A program made the position numbers and the translations under genes. Below are positions 6,552-10,188 of a stretch of 10,188 nt of DNA, piece by piece. The stretch lies in assembly GCA_039802605.1 (NCBI GenBank), contig JBDRWW010000020.1:1-10188 (forward strand). Direction: 5' to 3'. The stretch comes from a candidate division WOR-3 bacterium. Its GTDB lineage: Bacteria > Hydrothermota > Hydrothermia > LBFQ01. How positions within the stretch are numbered: position 1 is the stretch's first letter; every line of letters begins with the position of its first letter. Under the pieces are notes generated by a model, which was not told the origin of the DNA, ran no database searches, and saw nothing but the letters and a program-made list of their open reading frames with translations.

Positions 6552-7670
6552 CTATGCGCGAATTACAAAGGCAAAGGCCTCGCCCTCAACCCCTAAGGCC
6601 AATAAAAGGCCGGTTTTAAGGTTGTTATCCCTCAAAGCGTATATCAGCCTAACCAAGGCCATTGTTGGTGCGGCGGATAGGGTATATCCAAAGGCCAAAA
6701 GCCCTCCGTATATATTAACCTTATCCTTTCCAAACTTTTCTTCGGCCCATAGGCCTATTGCGGATGAGTGGTCTTCAACTTCAAACAGGTCTATTGTTGG
6801 ATTTCCGGCTTTTTTAATTGCGTCATCAACCACCCTTTGGGCCGTTTCAAATATTTCCTCGGGCTTTCCGGCGGCAAAGGAATAGGAAACTATCTCGGCC
6901 AAACCTTCGCCATCCTTTGCCAAAACAAACGCCGCAGCCCCATCCGCCTTTTGCGCCAATGTGAATTTCGTTAATTTACCGTTCTCGAATAAAGGTTCCG
7001 CCTTTGATGCCCTTGCCGGTGATAAAGCCGGGTCTATGGTTCTATCTTCTAAAACAACCTCCTCAACCTCCCCGCTTCCCGGGACCTTCTTCTTGTATTT
7101 TATCGGAACTATTTGGGGCTTCAATTTCCCCTGCCTCAAAGCCATAAAGGCCTTCCTGTTTGACCTAACGGCGTAATCGTCCAAGTCTTCTCTCTTAAAA
7201 TCTTTAGCCAAAAATTCGTTCCATTCGGCGTATCCGTTAAGGAATTCCTCAACTGGGTCATGCGAAACCGTATGCCCACCCCTAACACCAAACCTTATGG
7301 TTTTTAATAAATAAGGGGATGTGGATGGAACATCAACGGAACCCACAAGAATGGGTTTATTTTCAAACTTAACCTTTCTAATGCCGTCAAGCAATGCCCA
7401 TATTCCCCCTTCGTTTTTCCCCTGAAAACTCATAGCGGGGACTTCAATGGGAAAGTCCGCCAAAAGCCAAGAAACCCTTGCAATGTTTGGCGCTTCGGAT
7501 GTTTGTATTCCCCAACCTGCCAAGGCCTCAAAAAATTCCTTTGGCTCTACCCCACTTTTTGCCACCGCCTCTTTATAAACCTGCGCCAAGAGTTCGGCGG
7601 GTGGTACATCCCTAAAAGAACCTCCGTATGTGTTTGAAGGGCTCCTTATCGCCGATAGAATTTTCACCAT
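6552..7670 (-). CDS. Thiolase-fold (acetyl-CoA acetyltransferase-like) protein lacking the canonical catalytic residues, 372 aa
   Basis: Thiolase landmarks AIRSP..YGGSFRD, PNIAR, REDLDDYAVRSNRKA, QIVPI, ADGAAAFVL, IDLFEV and KVNIYGG are present. The protein contains no cysteine, and the NEAF, GHP and CxGGG motifs are all replaced. Confidence 0.85.
   Translation of the reverse strand: MVKILSAIRSPSNTYGGSFRDVPPAELLAQVYKEAVAKSGVEPKEFFEALAGWGIQTSEAPNIARVSWLLADFPIEVPAMSFQGKNEGGIWALLDGIRKVKFENKPILVGSVDVPSTSPYLLKTIRFGVRGGHTVSHDPVEEFLNGYAEWNEFLAKDFKREDLDDYAVRSNRKAFMALRQGKLKPQIVPIKYKKKVPGSGEVEEVVLEDRTIDPALSPARASKAEPLFENGKLTKFTLAQKADGAAAFVLAKDGEGLAEIVSYSFAAGKPEEIFETAQRVVDDAIKKAGNPTIDLFEVEDHSSAIGLWAEEKFGKDKVNIYGGLLAFGYTLSAAPTMALVRLIYALRDNNLKTGLLLALGVEGEAFAFVIRA
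7634..7661 (+). promoter_or_regulatory. Candidate sigma70 promoter for the nuclease/McrB-like operon, inside the thiolase-like CDS
   Basis: TTGAAG (7634-7639), 16 nt, TAGAAT (7656-7661); the divergent intergenic gap is only 28 bp. Confidence 0.4.
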
Positions 7671-7674
7671 AAGT

Positions 7675-7695
7675 GGGAATTGTAAGGAGGTAAAG
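7675..7695. promoter_or_regulatory. Overlapping minus-strand -10 element (TACAAT) and plus-strand Shine-Dalgarno (AAGGAGGT)
   Basis: TACAAT (7684-7679, minus) is 8 nt before thiolase ATG 7670. AGGAGG (7685-7690, plus) is 8 nt before ATG 7699. Confidence 0.65.
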
Positions 7696-7698
7696 GTT

Positions 7699-8886
7699 AT
7701 GAAAAAACATTTTTATGAAATCGTCCTGCCGGAGATAAGGGAGGTATTAAAGTGGATAATACCAAGGGGAAAGGGTGTTGATTTGGCGGTTTCGGGAAGG
7801 GGGAAGTTGTCGTTTTTGGTATTTCTCATACACAAAAGCGAAGGTTTTTACGATAACTTACGAAAACTCATACTTTACATATCCCAAAGGCCATCTTTGA
7901 GGGTTGAAGATGTTTATAAGGTCGTTAATGCTTATGAGGTTAAGTATGTTAGGCCATACGATTACGAAAAGTATCTTTTATCCCAAAGGAACATAGGGTA
8001 TAAGTTTTACAACTACAATACTAAGATAACTTTAAATACCCCAGAGAACAGGTTTTTGGCCTTTTTCGTTGATAGAATTATTTGGGATTTGGAGGATATA
8101 CTTTACAGGTTTGAAAGTAAAGTTTTTAAGAATGAATTAAACGAAGCCCGCAAAATTTTAAGGGATTTTAAGTTTTTAAGGGATTTCACATTTTTACAGA
8201 ATTTTGGACGATTTCCCGAATTTAACGTTTCTGAAAGGATAACCCACAACCCGATTTATGCAAAGGCTTTTAGAATGTTTTTAAACTACGGGGGTTTTAT
8301 TACAACGGAGAAAAATACCCAATCTTTGGATAAGGTTTTGGAGGATTGGAGGATATTTGAACTGTATGTGTTTTTCAGAATAAAGGGGATAATACAAGGC
8401 GTTTATGGATACCCCAACAAACCGCCGAAACTTCCGAGATTGGATAAGGAAATGCCTGCGGACGAGATCTTCAAAAATTGGACTTATGAATTTAACGGCC
8501 TAACCCTGCACTATCAGTTAGAAATTCCAAGGTATAAGCCTTATACAAGGCAAAAAGTTTTTTCTACAAGTTTATCTTTAAGGCCCGATGTGGTTATAGA
8601 AAAAGGGGACTGGCTTTACATTTTTGATGCTAAGCACAAAAACAGCCCCGAAGATAGCGATTACAGACAAATGCATACTTACAGGGACGCCATAAGGAAG
8701 AGGATAAGCGGAAAGCCCGAGAAAAGGGTAAGGTTTGCCATTATGATTGTTCAGAATAAGGACATTTTGGAGGAATTGAAGGGAGGGGATATATTAACCA
8801 AGTGGAGTTATATAAAGAATGCAAGGGTGGGATATATTACGCCTTCAAGGTTGAGGGGGGTGTTAAAAAGATTAAACATAGTTTAA
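7699..8886 (+). CDS. DUF2357 / PD-(D/E)XK (McrC-like, DUF524-type) nuclease, 395 aa
   Basis: NTPENRF motif, HNPIY, IFELYVFF, and nuclease core LRPDVVI...IFDAKHK...DYRQMHTYRDAI. The start is moved from GTG 7630 to ATG 7699 because of the strong SD and to avoid overlap with the thiolase gene. Confidence 0.85.
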   Translation: MKKHFYEIVLPEIREVLKWIIPRGKGVDLAVSGRGKLSFLVFLIHKSEGFYDNLRKLILYISQRPSLRVEDVYKVVNAYEVKYVRPYDYEKYLLSQRNIGYKFYNYNTKITLNTPENRFLAFFVDRIIWDLEDILYRFESKVFKNELNEARKILRDFKFLRDFTFLQNFGRFPEFNVSERITHNPIYAKAFRMFLNYGGFITTEKNTQSLDKVLEDWRIFELYVFFRIKGIIQGVYGYPNKPPKLPRLDKEMPADEIFKNWTYEFNGLTLHYQLEIPRYKPYTRQKVFSTSLSLRPDVVIEKGDWLYIFDAKHKNSPEDSDYRQMHTYRDAIRKRISGKPEKRVRFAIMIVQNKDILEELKGGDILTKWSYIKNARVGYITPSRLRGVLKRLNIV

Positions 8887-8909
8887 GTCGGTTATAAAAT
8901 ATCCACCTT

Positions 8910-10188
8910 ATGGAAAACGGGAAAAGTTTGGAAAGGATAAAGGAATTTTTTAACAGAATGAACTATTTTTTGGATGAGGGAATTTTAAAGCGTTTTTACG
9001 CCGCAATAATGACAAAGCCGAGGTTTGTTATACTTTCCGGACCACCCGGAACGGGTAAAACTTCGTTTGCTTTGCTTTTTGCAAAGGCTTGGGAGATGGT
9101 TGGGTATGGGGGAGATGGTGAGGAAGGTAAAGGGGAAATAAGTAATGTGGTGGATATTAATGGGGAAAAATATGGGATATTTAGGTATTGGGTTTATATA
9201 TGTCCAAATGAAAAATGTGAAAATTTGCAGGCTATAAGGACAAATAATTATTTGGTGAGTTTTGAGGGAAGAGGCATAATTAGGTGTATTGATTTAAAAA
9301 CGGGAAAATCGTATTCAAGGGGTTTAAATTTTACCGACTTTGGCATTACTTTTGATAGCATTTCATATGTTGCTATAACTTATGACGAAAAGTATATTTT
9401 TATGGGGTTTAAAAAGTCAGATAGCGAATACATATCCTTTGTTTTTAAATTGGAAGATTTACAAGAGGTTGAAAAGTATGAAGATAAAGTAGATTCATAT
9501 TGGATTGGTATCTATCACATTTTTGGCCCTCAAACTTTTAGGTTAATAAAAGAATTGAAGGGTTTTAAAGGATATGAATGGATTTTGGATAGGTATTTGG
9601 TAGTTTGGGGTAATGTAATACGGGTTTATGATATGAAAAAGGGCGAAATAGTACGGGAATATGAAGCGAAGGACAGCTGGGTAAGTACTGAACTTTCACC
9701 AGATAACAGATATCTGGTTTTGAAATTCAAAGGAGAATTAAAGGTAATAGATTTGAAAAAAAGAAAGGAGATTTTTTTGGAAAGTAATGTTGAAAGATTT
9801 GAAATTTTGTATGACAAATACTTGGTTGTCTTAGCATCGGATTATGCTGTAATTTACGATTTGGAAAAAAACGAGGAAATTGGTACATTTAGGCGGGAGG
9901 GATGTTATAAAATAGAGAAAATTGAATTTCCGTTCTTTTATATTCACAATTATAAGGAGTGTGCGATTATTTACGATTTAAGAAAAAGGAAACCTTATTA
10001 TCTAAGCGGCGAAATAATTGATAAAGAGGGAAACATTATTGTTATAAAAGATGATAAGGGCAATTATTATTTGTTTGACCTTGAAACGGGAAACAATATT
10101 TCGGGTAATTTTGATAAGGCAAAACTAATAAATGATAAATACTTCTTAGCGAATCCCAAAGGTGGAAAATGCACATTATATTACATTG
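8910..10188 (+). CDS. McrB-like AAA+ NTPase N-terminal segment followed by beta-propeller-like repeats; partial, at least 426 aa, absent from the ORF track
   Basis: Manual translation from ATG 8910 is open to the window end: MENGKSLERIKEFFNRMNYFLDEGILKRFYAAIMTKPRFVILSGPPGTGKTSFALLFAKAW. Walker A is at aa 44-51 (9039-9062) in an McrB-type context. It is followed by repeats ending IDLKTGK, VYDMKKGE, VIDLKKRK, IYDLEKNE, IYDLRKRK and LFDLETGN. The gene lies directly downstream of the DUF2357 nuclease. Confidence 0.85.
   Translation, partial: MENGKSLERIKEFFNRMNYFLDEGILKRFYAAIMTKPRFVILSGPPGTGKTSFALLFAKAWEMVGYGGDGEEGKGEISNVVDINGEKYGIFRYWVYICPNEKCENLQAIRTNNYLVSFEGRGIIRCIDLKTGKSYSRGLNFTDFGITFDSISYVAITYDEKYIFMGFKKSDSEYISFVFKLEDLQEVEKYEDKVDSYWIGIYHIFGPQTFRLIKELKGFKGYEWILDRYLVVWGNVIRVYDMKKGEIVREYEAKDSWVSTELSPDNRYLVLKFKGELKVIDLKKRKEIFLESNVERFEILYDKYLVVLASDYAVIYDLEKNEEIGTFRREGCYKIEKIEFPFFYIHNYKECAIIYDLRKRKPYYLSGEIIDKEGNIIVIKDDKGNYYLFDLETGNNISGNFDKAKLINDKYFLANPKGGKCTLYYI

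Noticed and set aside
6554..6619. 21-codon plus-strand ORF after AGGAGG at 6535-6540
   Set aside because: The SD spacing is long (13 nt), it is antisense to the thiolase-like gene, and the AGGAGG is explained by the minus-strand promoter motif.
5955..7176. Plus-strand ORFs 5955-6170, 6622-6885, 6768-6974 and 6961-7176
   Set aside because: They are antisense shadows of the nitroreductase and thiolase-like genes, with no independent support.
7630..7698. N-terminal extension of the DUF2357 nuclease from GTG 7630
   Set aside because: It would overlap the divergent thiolase-like gene; ATG 7699 has an AGGAGG at ideal spacing.
9201..9218. CPNEKC as a zinc-binding motif
   Set aside because: It is a single Cys pair with no clear second pair; unsupported.
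9626..9817. 63-aa minus-strand ORF
   Set aside because: It is antisense to the long McrB-like ORF, which the track missed, presumably because it has no stop in the window.
9945..9959. CACAATTATAAGGAG, another copy of the minus-strand CCTTATAAT motif inside the McrB-like CDS
   Set aside because: No ATG follows at leaderless spacing, and it may be chance in AT-rich coding DNA. An antisense promoter cannot be excluded, and this copy is a caveat for the motif finding.
9063..10188. Intein as the explanation for the insertion after Walker A
   Set aside because: There is no Cys/Ser-initiated intein block A at the junction and no LAGLIDADG motif; the segment is beta-repeat-like.
8910..10188. STAND/NACHT-WD40 (Avs-like) assignment
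   Set aside because: STAND proteins have a complete NTPase domain before the repeats. Here the repeats start about 60 aa after Walker A, and both the Walker A context and the neighbouring gene fit McrB.

Overview
This is AT-rich bacterial DNA. A C25 peptidase with a T9SS-type C-terminal domain suggests an FCB-related or WOR-3-like lineage (inference only). Reading the minus strand from right to left gives a thiolase-fold protein that has lost every catalytic residue (6552-7670), two coupled nitroreductase-fold genes with complementary FMN-site motifs (5459-6519), a 1395-aa gingipain-like C25 peptidase with FG-GAP repeats and a T9SS CTD (1250-5437), and a compact orphan McrC-like nuclease (402-1253). 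On the plus strand, a DUF2357/PD-(D/E)XK McrC-type nuclease (likely start 7699) is followed by an ORF missing from the supplied track (8910 to beyond the window end, at least 426 aa). That ORF begins like an McrB-family AAA+ NTPase, but right after the Walker A helix it becomes about 350 aa of beta-propeller-like repeats with no Walker B; this is the best candidate for an undescribed defence system. Bases 84-401 resemble a CRISPR leader (inverted plus direct repeat triad) ending in at most one repeat-like unit. Several genes appear leaderless, with a CCTTAYAAT -10 box 6-9 nt before the ATG.
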